Assembly: GCA_963704165.1 (NCBI GenBank)
Contig: CAVPHD010000008.1
Span: 1 to 64,000, forward strand
Source: an uncultured delta proteobacterium
GTDB lineage: Bacteria; Myxococcota_A; UBA9160; SZUA-336
DNA length: 64,000 bases
Direction of reading: 5' to 3'
Under the pieces are notes generated by a model that worked only from the letters and a program-made list of their open reading frames with translations, made no database searches and was not told the DNA's origin. This document shows, piece after piece, positions 38,705 to 48,663 of this stretch. Each line of letters begins with the position of its first letter. Within the stretch, counting starts at the first letter, position 1. Made by a program: the position numbers and the translations under genes.

Positions 38705-41700
38705 TCAGCCTCGCGCGGAGAGCGCGGCGAGCTTGCGATCGACGATCGGGCGCAGCTCTGCTGCGCGCGCGGCCTTGATCTCCTCGTAGCCGCGGACGCC
38801 CTCCGCGAGGCGGACGATCTCGAGCGCCTCGCCGAGGTTCTCCGCACGGAGTCGCGAAGCCAGCTCGTCGAGCACGCCCTCGTACCAGCGCGCGAGCTCG
38901 CGTTCGAGCCTTCGCGCGCGCGTCCAGCCGAACGGGTCGAGTGGCGTGCCGCGAACGCCGCGTGCGCGGACGAGGGCCGCGAAGAGCGGCTCGATCCACG
39001 GACCGAGAGCGAGCTTCTTCGAGAGCCCGAGCGCGCGCAGAAGCGGCGGGTGCAGGTGGTAGCGGATGCGCGGCTCGCGTGCGGAATGGCGGCGCAGCCA
39101 GCGACGGTGAGGACCGCGAAGGAGCAGACGCGCGACCTCGTACTCGTCCTTGTACGCGAGGACGCGGTAGAGCTCGCGCGCGGCGGCGTTGCAGAGCTCG
39201 GGGGATTCCGGATCGATCGCGGCTTCGGCCTCGGCCAGCCGCGCGATGCGGTCGCAGTAGCGCTCGGCCAGGCGCCTGCCTTGGTAGTCGACGAGATCGA
39301 GCGCGAAGGCGGCGATCCGGTTCGTGACCTGATCGCAGTCCTTCGCGTGTTGGAATCGTCCGAGCGCCTCGTGCAAAGCGCTCCAGCTGCGGCCGAGCGT
39401 GCGTGCGGCGCGTTCGATCGCGGGCTCGTCGCCGATCGCGGGCGGGGTCGCGTCGTCGAGGAGTCGAGCGACGAGCTCGGCATCGCAGGCCGAGGCGCGA
39501 CCCAGCCGCACGGCGCGCAGGTTCGCGTCGATGGCGATGCCGTTCTCGCGGATCGCGCGCTCGAGCGCGCGAAGCGAGAGCGGCACCAGGCCCCGCTGCC
39601 AGGCGAATCCGAGCAGGACCAGATTCGCCGACAGGACCTGTCCGAGCGCGACCTCGGCGAGCAGCTCCGCGGGAACCCGTTCGAGCGAACGCGTCGCACC
39701 GAGGAGCGGGGCGATCTGCTCGCTCGGCTCCGGGGGCCGGAAGTCCGGCGTACCGACGTCCGCGCCGGTCGGGACGCAGAGTTCGTGGACGATCGCGCGC
39801 GTGCGCGCGGGATCGAGCGCACGCAGCGATTCGCAATCGGCCGCGCCGAGCGGATCGAAGGCGAGCAGGACGTCCGCGCGTCCCGGCTCGATCCGCGGGC
39901 TGCCGACGAGCGGTTCGCGCGAGAGCACGCAGTGCGAGACGACCTTTCCGCCGCGTTGCGCGAGGCCGGTCTGATCGAGGTGCATCGCGAACAGGCCGTC
40001 GTGCTCGGCCGCGCGGACGAGCAGCGCGTCGATCGTGACGACACCCGTGCTGCCGATTCCGACGAGCTGAAGCTCGAAGCGGTTCCCGTCCCACTCGGGA
40101 AGCGGCGGCTCGGGCAAGTCGGAGCCGACGAACGATTCGAACGCCATCGGCTCCGCAGGCGAATCCTCGACGGTGAGAAACGCCGGGCAGTCCCCGTCGA
40201 GGCAGGCGCGGTCGTCGCTGCACGAGCCGGCATGAACGCGCGTCTTGCGGCCGAGCGTGGTCGCGACCGGCCGAAGCGAGACACAGGACGATTTCACGCC
40301 GCAATCGCCGCAGCCCTCGCAGACGTCCTCGTTGATCACGACGCGCTCGGACGAGCGCGCGAGCACGCCACGACGCTCGAGTCGCTGCTTCTCGTTCGCG
40401 CAGAGCTCGTCCCAGATCATGACCGTGACGCCGGGCTGCTCTCGCAGCTCCCGCATCGCCGCGTCCCAGTCGCTTCGCTCGACTCGCCGCAGACGAGGCT
40501 CGTACCCGGCGAGCACATCGACTCCGGGGTCCCGGCTCATCACGACGATCTCGCGAACACCGTCGGAGAGCAGGTCGCGCACGACCGCCGCGAGCGGCTT
40601 CGCGCCGGTCGCGTTCTGGCCTCCGGTCATCGCCACGACCCCGTTCCAGAGCAGCTTGAACGTGATCGCGACGCCCGCCTCGACGCAGGCGCGGACCGCG
40701 AGCCGGCCGGAGTGGAAGTACGTGCCGTCGCCGAGATTCTGGAAGAGATGTCGCGTTTCGGTGTAGGGAGCGAGCCCGATCCACTGCGAGCCCTCGGAGC
40801 CCATCGCGCCGAGCAACCGCACTTCGCGCTCGGGCATCAGCAATGCCATGGTGTGGCAGCCGATGCCGCCGCCCGCGACCGAGTCCTCCGGGAGCTTCGT
40901 CGACGACGCGTGCGGACAGCCGCTGCAGAAGTGAGGTGCGCGCGAGGGCTCGGCGCCGGAGTCTGCGCGCGCCAGCGCCGCCTCGAGCGGAGCGAGTCGA
41001 GCGATCAGCGCCGGCTCGTCGAGCCGTACGGAGAGCCAGGGCGCGAGATCCTGCGCGAGCGTGCCTCCGCTGATCTCGTGGCGCTTCGCGAGCCAGGCGT
41101 CCCCTCGCTCGTCCCGCTGTCCGAGCACGCGCGCGCGCATGTCCGTGTCGTAGAGCGCGCTCCGCACCTGCTCTTCGAGTCCCGCGCGTCGCGAATCGAC
41201 GACGACGATCGCCTCGAGCCCGGACGCGAACTCGCGCACGCGCTCGGCTTCGAGCGGCCAGACGAGGTCGATCTTCAGGAGCCGGAGTCCGAGCCGTTCG
41301 CGCCGGGCTTCGTCGAGCCCGAGCAGGTCGAGTGCGCTCTCGAGCTCCCGGTACAGCGAGCCTGCGGCGACCAGTCCGATTCGGTCGCGCGCGTGTCGCG
41401 AGGTGATCGGGTTCAGGCCGTTCGCTCGTGCGAAGCGGTGCACCGCCTCGAGCCGGCCGAAGACCAGATCCTGCTCGATCCGCAGGACGTTCGGCGGCAG
41501 GAGCTGCGTGTCGATGCGCTTGGTGAACGGGCCGCTCGGCAGCGCGAACTCGGGAAGCGCGATCTCGTTCTCGACGTCTTCGAGCTCGATGATCCGGCCC
41601 GCGTCCGCGACGTCGGCCACGATCCGCAGGCCGCTCCACAGGCCCGAGTAGCGCGAGAGCGCGATCGCGAGCCGTCCGAGCCGGAGCACGTCGCCCGGGT

Positions 41701-42232
41701 CGGCGGGTGCGAAGAGGGGGATCCACGCGTGGGCGAACGCGTTCTCGCTGTGACTCGGCAGCGACGAGCTCTTGCAGAACGGATCGTCGCCGACGACCGC
41801 GAGCGCGCCGCCGCTGCGTCCGGTGCCGACGAAGTTCGCGTGGCGCAGCGCGTCGATCGAGCGGTCGAATCCAGGCGCCTTTCCGAACCAGAAGCCGAGC
41901 ACGCCGTCGTAGCGCTCGTGCGGGAACGTCTCGACGAGCTGGGTGCCCGCGACCGTTCCGGCCGCGATCTCCTCGTTCAGCCCGGGAACGAATCGCACGT
42001 CGGAGCGCTCGAGCAGCGGCGCGAGGCTTGCGAGCAGCGAATCGAGGCCCGCGAGCGGTGAACCGGGATATCCGGAGAGGAGCGCGCCGGTGCGGAGCCC
42101 CGCGTGCGCGTCGCGTCGAAGCTGATCGAGTGCGAGACGCACGAGCGCCTGCAAGCCCGTCAGGTGAATGCGTCCGCGGGTTCGCGTGTAGCGTTCCCAG
42201 AGCGGCGGATCGGGTCTGAGCGTGGCGCTCAT
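38705..42232 (-). CDS. Indolepyruvate ferredoxin oxidoreductase family protein (single chain)
   Basis: LTGLQALVR, SGYPGSPL, GLNEE, HFCSGCPH, GDGTYFHSG, CEGCGDC, DQTGLAQRGG, AYKDEYEVARL. Confidence 0.92.
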   Translation of the reverse strand: MSATLRPDPPLWERYTRTRGRIHLTGLQALVRLALDQLRRDAHAGLRTGALLSGYPGSPLAGLDSLLASLAPLLERSDVRFVPGLNEEIAAGTVAGTQLVETFPHERYDGVLGFWFGKAPGFDRSIDALRHANFVGTGRSGGALAVVGDDPFCKSSSLPSHSENAFAHAWIPLFAPADPGDVLRLGRLAIALSRYSGLWSGLRIVADVADAGRIIELEDVENEIALPEFALPSGPFTKRIDTQLLPPNVLRIEQDLVFGRLEAVHRFARANGLNPITSRHARDRIGLVAAGSLYRELESALDLLGLDEARRERLGLRLLKIDLVWPLEAERVREFASGLEAIVVVDSRRAGLEEQVRSALYDTDMRARVLGQRDERGDAWLAKRHEISGGTLAQDLAPWLSVRLDEPALIARLAPLEAALARADSGAEPSRAPHFCSGCPHASSTKLPEDSVAGGGIGCHTMALLMPEREVRLLGAMGSEGSQWIGLAPYTETRHLFQNLGDGTYFHSGRLAVRACVEAGVAITFKLLWNGVVAMTGGQNATGAKPLAAVVRDLLSDGVREIVVMSRDPGVDVLAGYEPRLRRVERSDWDAAMRELREQPGVTVMIWDELCANEKQRLERRGVLARSSERVVINEDVCEGCGDCGVKSSCVSLRPVATTLGRKTRVHAGSCSDDRACLDGDCPAFLTVEDSPAEPMAFESFVGSDLPEPPLPEWDGNRFELQLVGIGSTGVVTIDALLVRAAEHDGLFAMHLDQTGLAQRGGKVVSHCVLSREPLVGSPRIEPGRADVLLAFDPLGAADCESLRALDPARTRAIVHELCVPTGADVGTPDFRPPEPSEQIAPLLGATRSLERVPAELLAEVALGQVLSANLVLLGFAWQRGLVPLSLRALERAIRENGIAIDANLRAVRLGRASACDAELVARLLDDATPPAIGDEPAIERAARTLGRSWSALHEALGRFQHAKDCDQVTNRIAAFALDLVDYQGRRLAERYCDRIARLAEAEAAIDPESPELCNAAARELYRVLAYKDEYEVARLLLRGPHRRWLRRHSAREPRIRYHLHPPLLRALGLSKKLALGPWIEPLFAALVRARGVRGTPLDPFGWTRARRLERELARWYEGVLDELASRLRAENLGEALEIVRLAEGVRGYEEIKAARAAELRPIVDRKLAALSARG

Positions 42233-42292
42233 GTCCCAGAAGCTATCGGAGCCGGGTCTCGCGCGCTTGAGGTTCGATTGCGCGCAGTCGCG

Positions 42293-43243
42293 TCATTTGC
42301 CCGACAGTGGCGCCACGATCTTTTCTGCGAAGTTCTCGACGACGGCCTGATCGCGGGCCTGGATCACGATGTACGAAAGCCCGAAGCGTTCGCGCCGCTT
42401 CTCGAGCCCGTCGCGGATCTCCGCGGGCGAGCCGGTCAGGAAGATGGGGCAGCTCGCGACCTGCTCGACGGTCATGCCGGTATTCGCGGCGAGACCCGCA
42501 CGCAGTCCTTTGGCGTCGTCGGTGATCGCGACGACGAACGTCAGCGAGTTCAGCTCGACGTCGTCGAAGCTCCGGCCCGCGCGCTCCGCTCCCTCGCGCA
42601 CGCTGCGCAGCTTCTCGTCGATGCGTTCGGGTGCGAGGTCCGCGGCGCTGTTCTGCGTGACCTTTCCCTCGGGCAGGCTCGGATTGATCCCGACGATGTC
42701 CGCGTACCGGCCGGCGAGTCGAAGCACGCGGGGTCCACCGCCGCCGATCAAGATCTTCGGCCGCGCACCCGCGGGCAGCTCGGCCGCCTGCGCGATGTTC
42801 TCGATCTGGTAGTGCCTGCCGTGAAACGTCGTGCGCTCGTTCTCCCACATGCTGCGAATGATCTGCAGCGCCTCGTCGAGCCGCTCGATGCGAAGTCCCG
42901 GTCGGTCGTAGGCGATGCCGGCTTCGTCGTAGTCCGTCTTCATCCAGCCGGCGCCGATCCCGAATTCGTGTCGCCCGTTCGAGAGCAGCTGGATCGTCGC
43001 CGCCCCCTTCGCGTGAATCACCGGGTGGCGGTAGTCGACGTCGTACACGAGCGATCCGACGTTGAGCTTCGTCGTCACCGCGGCCGCGGCCGAGAGCAGC
43101 GCCGTCGGATCCCACTGCGGACCGAAGTGGTCGGGGCAGAAGACGGTCGAGTAGCCGAGCCGCTCGTACGACCGCACGCGTTCGATCCAACCGTCGGCGG
43201 GAAGTGCGGAGACCTGGATCGCGAAGCGAAATGGTTTGGCCAT
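42293..43243 (-). CDS. LLM class (probably F420-dependent, TIGR03621-like) oxidoreductase
   Basis: PFRF, PDHF, DYRHPVIHAK.AAT..LLSNGR.E.GIGAGW, ILIGGGGPRVL.LAGRYADIVGIN. Confidence 0.85.
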   Translation of the reverse strand: MAKPFRFAIQVSALPADGWIERVRSYERLGYSTVFCPDHFGPQWDPTALLSAAAAVTTKLNVGSLVYDVDYRHPVIHAKGAATIQLLSNGRHEFGIGAGWMKTDYDEAGIAYDRPGLRIERLDEALQIIRSMWENERTTFHGRHYQIENIAQAAELPAGARPKILIGGGGPRVLRLAGRYADIVGINPSLPEGKVTQNSAADLAPERIDEKLRSVREGAERAGRSFDDVELNSLTFVVAITDDAKGLRAGLAANTGMTVEQVASCPIFLTGSPAEIRDGLEKRRERFGLSYIVIQARDQAVVENFAEKIVAPLSGK

Positions 43244-43309
43244 CGCGCGATGCTACTCGATCGGTCGGGCTTTGGCGGCGTGCCCGTGTTCACCTACGAT
43301 CCGGGGCGC

Positions 43310-43993
43310 ATGATCGACACCATCCACGCCGTGCAGACCCCGGAGGGGGTCGACCTCGCGCTGCGTGTGGCGGGGCCGGTGCCGCGCGCACTCGCGTGGG
43401 GCGTGGACGCATTCCTGCAGGGAGGGATCGCGATCGGAATGCAGATCGCGTTCGGCGCGTTCGCCGGGTTTGGAACCGGGCTCGTACCTGATCGGCCTGT
43501 TCGCATTGCTCTGGTTCTACCCCGTGTACTTCGAGGTGCGCGCCCACGGGCAGACACCGGGCAAGCGCTTCATGGGGCTGCGCGTGCTTCAGGAGAACGG
43601 AACGCCCGTCGGCTGGTCGGCTTCGGTCTTGCGGAACTTCCTGCTGGTCGCCGACTTTCTACCGGTGCTGTATCTCGCGGCGCTGATCTCGATGATCTCC
43701 GATTCGAGCTTCCGGCGGCTCGGCGATCTCGCGGCGGGAACGCTCGTCGTCTACGCCGATCCCCCACGCGGCCGGTCCGACTCCGATTCCCGGACGTGGC
43801 CCCGATCGCGCCCGCGTTTCCGCTCACGCTCGAAGAGCAGGCGGCCGTGATCGCGTTCGCGGAACGCGCGGGAAGTTTCTCGGCCGAGCGCGCCGCGGAG
43901 CTCGCCGCGATTCCGCGCGCGCTCGCGGGCGACGACGATCCCCGCGCGCGACTCATCGCCCAGGCCGCGCATCTGGTCGGGCGCGCCTCGTGA
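43310..43993 (+). CDS. RDD family protein (frameshifted at ~43480 and ~43770)
   Basis: VQTPEGVDL..AGPVPRALAW.VD; YPVYFE..GQTPGKR..GLRV; RRLGDLAAGTLVVY across frames. Confidence 0.85.
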   Translation: MIDTIHAVQTPEGVDLALRVAGPVPRALAWGVDAFLQGGIAIGMQIAFGAFAGFGTGLVPDRPVRIALVLPRVLRGARPRADTGQALHGAARASGERNARRLVGFGLAELPAGRRLSTGAVSRGADLDDLRFELPAARRSRGGNARRLRRSPTRPVRLRFPDVAPIAPAFPLTLEEQAAVIAFAERAGSFSAERAAELAAIPRALAGDDDPRARLIAQAAHLVGRAS

Positions 43994-44947
43994 AGCTCGA
44001 GATCTTCGAGGCGCGGGGTCGCGAGCGCTGGGATCGATTCGCGCGTCTTCTCGCAGAGGTCGAGCGCGGAAGGGTCGCCGCACGCGGCCGAGCTTCCCCA
44101 TCTCTACCGGCAGCTCTGTCACGACCTCGCGCTCGCCCGTGAGCGCGAGATCTCGGGCACGCTCGTGTCCGAGCTGAACGAGTTGGCGCTGGCCGGTCAC
44201 CGCCTGCTCTACCAGGCGCGAACCGGAGAGGTCCGCGGGATCGGACGCTTCCTCGCGACCGATTTCCCGCGCGCGGTTCGAAGCGAGTGGAGACTGGTCG
44301 CGAGCCTGCACGCGCTCTTCTACGGCCTGGCGCTCGTTCTCGGGATCCTCGCGTGGCTCGATCCCGACCTGATCTACAGCTTCGTGTCCCCGGAAAGAGT
44401 GAGTGAGGTCGAGGCGATGTACGATCCGTCGGGCGCGGACACAGCACTCCGCGGGGCGGACACCGACGCGACGATGTTCGGCTTCTACATCTGGAACAAC
44501 GTCTCGATCGCGTTCCGCACGTTCGCGAGCGGACTCGCGTTCGGCGTCGGGACGCTCGTGAGCGTCGTCGCCAACGCTCTGAATCTCGGACTCATCGCGA
44601 GTCACCTCGCACGCGAGGGCTCCGCGGAGCCGTTCTTCTCGTTCGTGATCGGACACGGATCGTTCGAGCTCACCGCGATCCTCTTGTCCGGCGTCGCGGG
44701 CATGCGGCTCGGTCTCGCGGTGCTCGCACCGGGCGCCCGCAGCCGCATCGCGGCCCTGCGAGCGGCGGCCCGGTCGAGCCTGCCGATCATCGCCGGTGCG
44801 GCGCTCATGCTCGTGCTCGCGGCGGGGATCGAAGCGTTCTGGTCGCCGCGCGATCTGCCGGCCGGGCTCAAGTACGCGGTGGGCGCAGGTCTGTGGCTGC
44901 TCGTCGGACTCTGGCTCGGAACCGCGGGGCGTTCGCGTGCAGACTGA
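43990..44947 (+). CDS. Stage II sporulation protein M (SpoIIM/DUF95) family membrane protein (frameshift at ~44080)
   Basis: LYRQLCHDLALAR, FYIWNNVSIAFRTFASG, HGSFELTAI, AAGIEAFWS. Confidence 0.88.
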
Positions 44948-46439
44948 CCGGATCGCCGTGCACGTCCGACCTCGCGCGGGCTACGAGGCGATCGATCTCG
45001 GGTTTCGCTTTGCGCGTGCGGTGTTCTGGCCGCTCTTCCCGGCACACGCGCTGATCGTCGGCTCGGTCTCGCTCGCGCTCTACGCGGGTCTGCCCGACCG
45101 GCTCTGGCTCGCGAGTTTCTTCGTCTGGTGGCTGAAGCCGCTCTACGACCGGGTCGCGCTCGCGGTACTCGCGGAAGCGCTCTTCGGCCGCGTTCCGACG
45201 CTGGTCGAGACACTCTCGAGCGTGCCGCGGTCGATCGCGACTTCGGGGCTCCTGCACTCCCTGACGTGGCTTCGGCTCTCGCCGCTCCGCACGTTCACAG
45301 CGCCGGTGCTTCAGCTCGAAGGGCTGCGCGGAATCGAGCGCTCGCGTCGGGTGAGCGTTCTCGTCGGCCGCGATTCGCGTGCGGCGTTCGGGCTCCTGTT
45401 TGCGTGCGGGATCTTCGAGCTCGTGGTGCTCGCCGCCGGACTGCAGTTCGTCGCGACGTTCCGGCCGGAAGGGCAGGTCGGACAATTCTGGATCGCGCTC
45501 GCAGAGGGAGGAGCACCGGGAATCCCGTGGATCGAGGCTTTGCTCTACCCGCTCGCGATCGCGGTGATCGAGCCGCTCTTCGTCGCCGGCGGGTTTGCGC
45601 TGTACGTGAACCGGCGCATCTGGCTCGAGGGCTGGGACATCGACCTCGCGTTCAGAAAGCTCGAGCAGCGCGCGTCCGCGGAGTCGTCACACACGCGGCC
45701 GGCCCGCGCGCTCACGCTCGGCCTCCTGGCGTTCGCACTGCTGCTTCCGGCGGCGGCGAGCGCGGAAGGCGAAGTCGAGGCGCCGCCCTCGTGCGAGACA
45801 CCCGGACCCGACGGCGCGGGTGCGTGCATCGACGCGGTGCTCGCGGGCGAGGAGTTCGCGACCGTCGAGCGGGTCGAGCTCTGGCTGCCGAAGTTCGAAG
45901 CGCCGAGCCCCGAGGGCGAGCCGGGATGGATCGCGCGGCTCGGCCTGTGGCTGGGTTCGATCGCGGCGGCGTTCCTGCGGATCGGCGCCTGGCTCGCGCT
46001 CGGAGCGATCGTCGCGGCGATCGCGATCGCGATCGCACGGTCTCTGCGCGCGCGCGAGCGAAGCGCCGTGACGGTGTCGGACGACGAGGTGCGGGTGCGC
46101 CTCGGCCTCGACCTGCGGCGCGAGGCACTCCCGGCCGATGTCGTCGCCGCGGCGCGCGCGCGTTTTGCGAACGGCGACGCGCCGGGCGCGCTGTCCCTCC
46201 TGTATCGGGGAGCGCTGGTCCACCTGGTGCAGAAGCTGCGGCTGTCCATTCCCGCGAGCGCGACCGAGGGGGAGTGCGAGCGCATCGCGCGGGACTCAGT
46301 CGACCCATCGGTCGCGAGTGACTTCGAAGCGTTGTCGCGGGCGTGGGTGTTCAGCGCCTATGCCCATCACAGGCTCACACCCGCGGAGTTCACGGAGCTC
46401 TGCCATCGCTGGCAGCCGCACCTGGAAGAGAGCGCGTGA
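44937..46439 (+). CDS. DUF4129 domain membrane protein
   Basis: WWLKPLYDR, GFALYVNRRIWLEGWDI, ALSLLYRGAL, ATEGEC, AYAH. Confidence 0.85.
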   Translation: MQTDRIAVHVRPRAGYEAIDLGFRFARAVFWPLFPAHALIVGSVSLALYAGLPDRLWLASFFVWWLKPLYDRVALAVLAEALFGRVPTLVETLSSVPRSIATSGLLHSLTWLRLSPLRTFTAPVLQLEGLRGIERSRRVSVLVGRDSRAAFGLLFACGIFELVVLAAGLQFVATFRPEGQVGQFWIALAEGGAPGIPWIEALLYPLAIAVIEPLFVAGGFALYVNRRIWLEGWDIDLAFRKLEQRASAESSHTRPARALTLGLLAFALLLPAAASAEGEVEAPPSCETPGPDGAGACIDAVLAGEEFATVERVELWLPKFEAPSPEGEPGWIARLGLWLGSIAAAFLRIGAWLALGAIVAAIAIAIARSLRARERSAVTVSDDEVRVRLGLDLRREALPADVVAAARARFANGDAPGALSLLYRGALVHLVQKLRLSIPASATEGECERIARDSVDPSVASDFEALSRAWVFSAYAHHRLTPAEFTELCHRWQPHLEESA

Positions 46440-47677
46440 TGCGCCCGCATCGACGCGCGGCTTGGGTCGGACTCGCAGCTGCGACGGCTGCGGGGATTGC
46501 GCTCTTCTTCTCCTCGTGCGAGAAGCGCGCGATCGACATCCCGCGCGGCTATCAGGGCGAGGCGGCGCGAAATCCGTATCTGGCGGCGCAGCGCATGCTC
46601 GAGCGGCTCGGAACCACCGCGTCGAGTGTCCGCGATCTGTCGAACGTGTCCGAGCTCCCACCGGCCGACTCCACGCTGATCCTTCCGACGCCGCGGCGCA
46701 CACTCGGGCGCGCGCGCACGCGCGAGCTCCTGCGCTGGGTCGAGAACGGCGGCCATCTGGTCGTCGTGACCTGGCAGCTCTTCGACGACGAGAACCGCCT
46801 GCCCGATCCCGTGCTCGACCCGCTCGGCGTGCGACAGTATCTGAACGAGCTGCAGCCGCAGGATCCGGAGGAGTCCGAGCCCGAGTCGGACCCGTCCGCG
46901 CCGCTCGTCACGAAGGCGAGCGCGACCAGGATCGCCGACGAACCGGACGAAGCCGAGCCCGAGCTCGCGCGCGTGTGGTTTCCGGATCGCGACGCGCCGC
47001 TCGAGGCCGAGTTCGATCCCGGTTTCCGGATCGAGCTCACCCCCGAAGCGCTGCACGCGCGGGTCTTCGAGATCGCCGACGCGAACGGGACGCACGGGGT
47101 CACGTTGCGCGCGGGCGGTGGGCTGGTGACGGCATTGACCGACGACTACTTCCTGACGAATTCGGTGATCGCCGACTGGGACCACGCCGAGCTCGTCTAC
47201 CGAATCGCGCATCTCGATGGGCGCGAAGGGCCGGTGTGGTTCGTGTTCGGAGACGAGTACCCCGGCGCGCTCGCGCTGATCTGGCAGCACGGGTGGATGA
47301 TCGTCACGAGCGCGCTCGTCGTGCTCGCGCTCTGGCTCTGGTCGGCCTCGCGGCGATTCGGCCCGATCGCGCCCGACCCGTCGATCGAGCGGCGCGAGCT
47401 GATGGAGCACGTGCGCGCCGCGGGCCGATTCGAGTTCCGGCACGGCGCTTCGCGAGAGCTGCTCGCCGCGACGCGCGACGCGCTGCTCGAACGCGTGCGC
47501 GAGCGTCACCCGAGCTTCCCGACGCTCACGCCCGTCGAGCAGGCGGAGCACCTCGCCAAGCTTTCCGGCCTGCCGAGCGAGAACGTCGAGCGCGCTCTCG
47601 CGTTTTCCGACGAAGTCGATGCGAGTCGCTTCGCGCAGAACGTCGCCACCCTCGAGAAGATCAGGAGATCGCTATGA
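46436..47677 (+). CDS. DUF4350 domain protein
   Basis: GEAARNPYLAA, LLRWVENGGHL, LTNSVIADWDHA, RRFGP, RRELMEHVRA. Confidence 0.85.
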   Translation: MMRPHRRAAWVGLAAATAAGIALFFSSCEKRAIDIPRGYQGEAARNPYLAAQRMLERLGTTASSVRDLSNVSELPPADSTLILPTPRRTLGRARTRELLRWVENGGHLVVVTWQLFDDENRLPDPVLDPLGVRQYLNELQPQDPEESEPESDPSAPLVTKASATRIADEPDEAEPELARVWFPDRDAPLEAEFDPGFRIELTPEALHARVFEIADANGTHGVTLRAGGGLVTALTDDYFLTNSVIADWDHAELVYRIAHLDGREGPVWFVFGDEYPGALALIWQHGWMIVTSALVVLALWLWSASRRFGPIAPDPSIERRELMEHVRAAGRFEFRHGASRELLAATRDALLERVRERHPSFPTLTPVEQAEHLAKLSGLPSENVERALAFSDEVDASRFAQNVATLEKIRRSL

Positions 47678-48663
47678 GTTCCCAGAATCCCACGGCCCCA
47701 CGCGAAGCGTTCGAGCGCGCCTCCGAGCTCGCGCGGAGGATGCGCGCGGAGATCCGCAAGGTCCTCGTCGGCCAGGACGAGGTCGTGGATCAGGCGCTGG
47801 TCGCCCTCTTCGCAGCCGGTCACCTGCTGGTCGAGGGCGTGCCGGGCCTCGGCAAGACGCTGCTCGTGCGAGCGCTGGCGCGGACGTTCTCCGGCCTCAG
47901 CACGCGAATCCAGTTCACTCCCGACCTGATGCCCGCCGACGTCGTCGGGCACGTGATGTACGAGGCGTCCACGGGGGAGATGCGCCTGCGCCGCGGGCCC
48001 GTCTTCACGAACCTGCTGCTGGCCGACGAGATCAACCGCGCGCCGGCGAAGACGCAGGCGGCCCTGCTCGAGGTGATGCAGGAGCGCCAGGTCACGCTCG
48101 AGGGTCAGTCGCTCGAGGTTCCGTCGCCGTTCATGACGCTCGCGACGCAGAATCCGATCGAGCTCGAAGGGACCTATCCGCTTCCCGAAGCGCAAGTCGA
48201 TCGCTTCCTGCTCAAGGTGCAGATCGACTACCCGAGCGAGGCCGAGGAGCTCGAGCTCGTGCGCCGCGTCGCTGTGGGCGTGGTCGGCGACACCCTCGAC
48301 CTGTCTCCGGTCGAGGCGGTCGCCGACGCGGCGGGCGTGGTGTCGATCCAGGCCGCGGCCGCGAGCGTCTTCGTCGACGAGCGGATTTCCGACTACGCCG
48401 TCCGCCTCGTGCGCGCGACCCGAACCTGGCCGGGCATCGCGCTCGGCGCGGGGCCGCGTGGCGGGCTTGCGCTCGTGCGCGCGTCGCGGGCGAGCGCGCT
48501 GCTCGACGGTCGCGGCTTCGTGACACCGGACGACGTCAAGGCGATCGCCCGGCCGGCGCTGCGCCATCGCCTGCTGATCTCGCCCGAGATCGAGCTCGAA
48601 GGACAGCGCCCGGACGCGATCCTCGCCGCGGTCCTCGCCCAGGTGGAGGCGCCGCGCGTTTGA
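47674..48663 (+). CDS. moxR: MoxR family AAA+ ATPase (second copy)
   Basis: GHLLVEGVPGLGKT, RIQFTPDLMPAD, LADEINRAPAKTQAALLE, ATQNPIELEGTYPLPEAQ. Confidence 0.95.
   Translation: MSSQNPTAPREAFERASELARRMRAEIRKVLVGQDEVVDQALVALFAAGHLLVEGVPGLGKTLLVRALARTFSGLSTRIQFTPDLMPADVVGHVMYEASTGEMRLRRGPVFTNLLLADEINRAPAKTQAALLEVMQERQVTLEGQSLEVPSPFMTLATQNPIELEGTYPLPEAQVDRFLLKVQIDYPSEAEELELVRRVAVGVVGDTLDLSPVEAVADAAGVVSIQAAAASVFVDERISDYAVRLVRATRTWPGIALGAGPRGGLALVRASRASALLDGRGFVTPDDVKAIARPALRHRLLISPEIELEGQRPDAILAAVLAQVEAPRV

Noticed and set aside
38472..41726. Very long alternative-frame/antisense ORFs (also 39050-42061, 56378-59443, 22788-25532)
   Set aside because: Shadow ORFs from high GC and stop-codon scarcity; only the last 72 aa of this one (NrtS-like) look real
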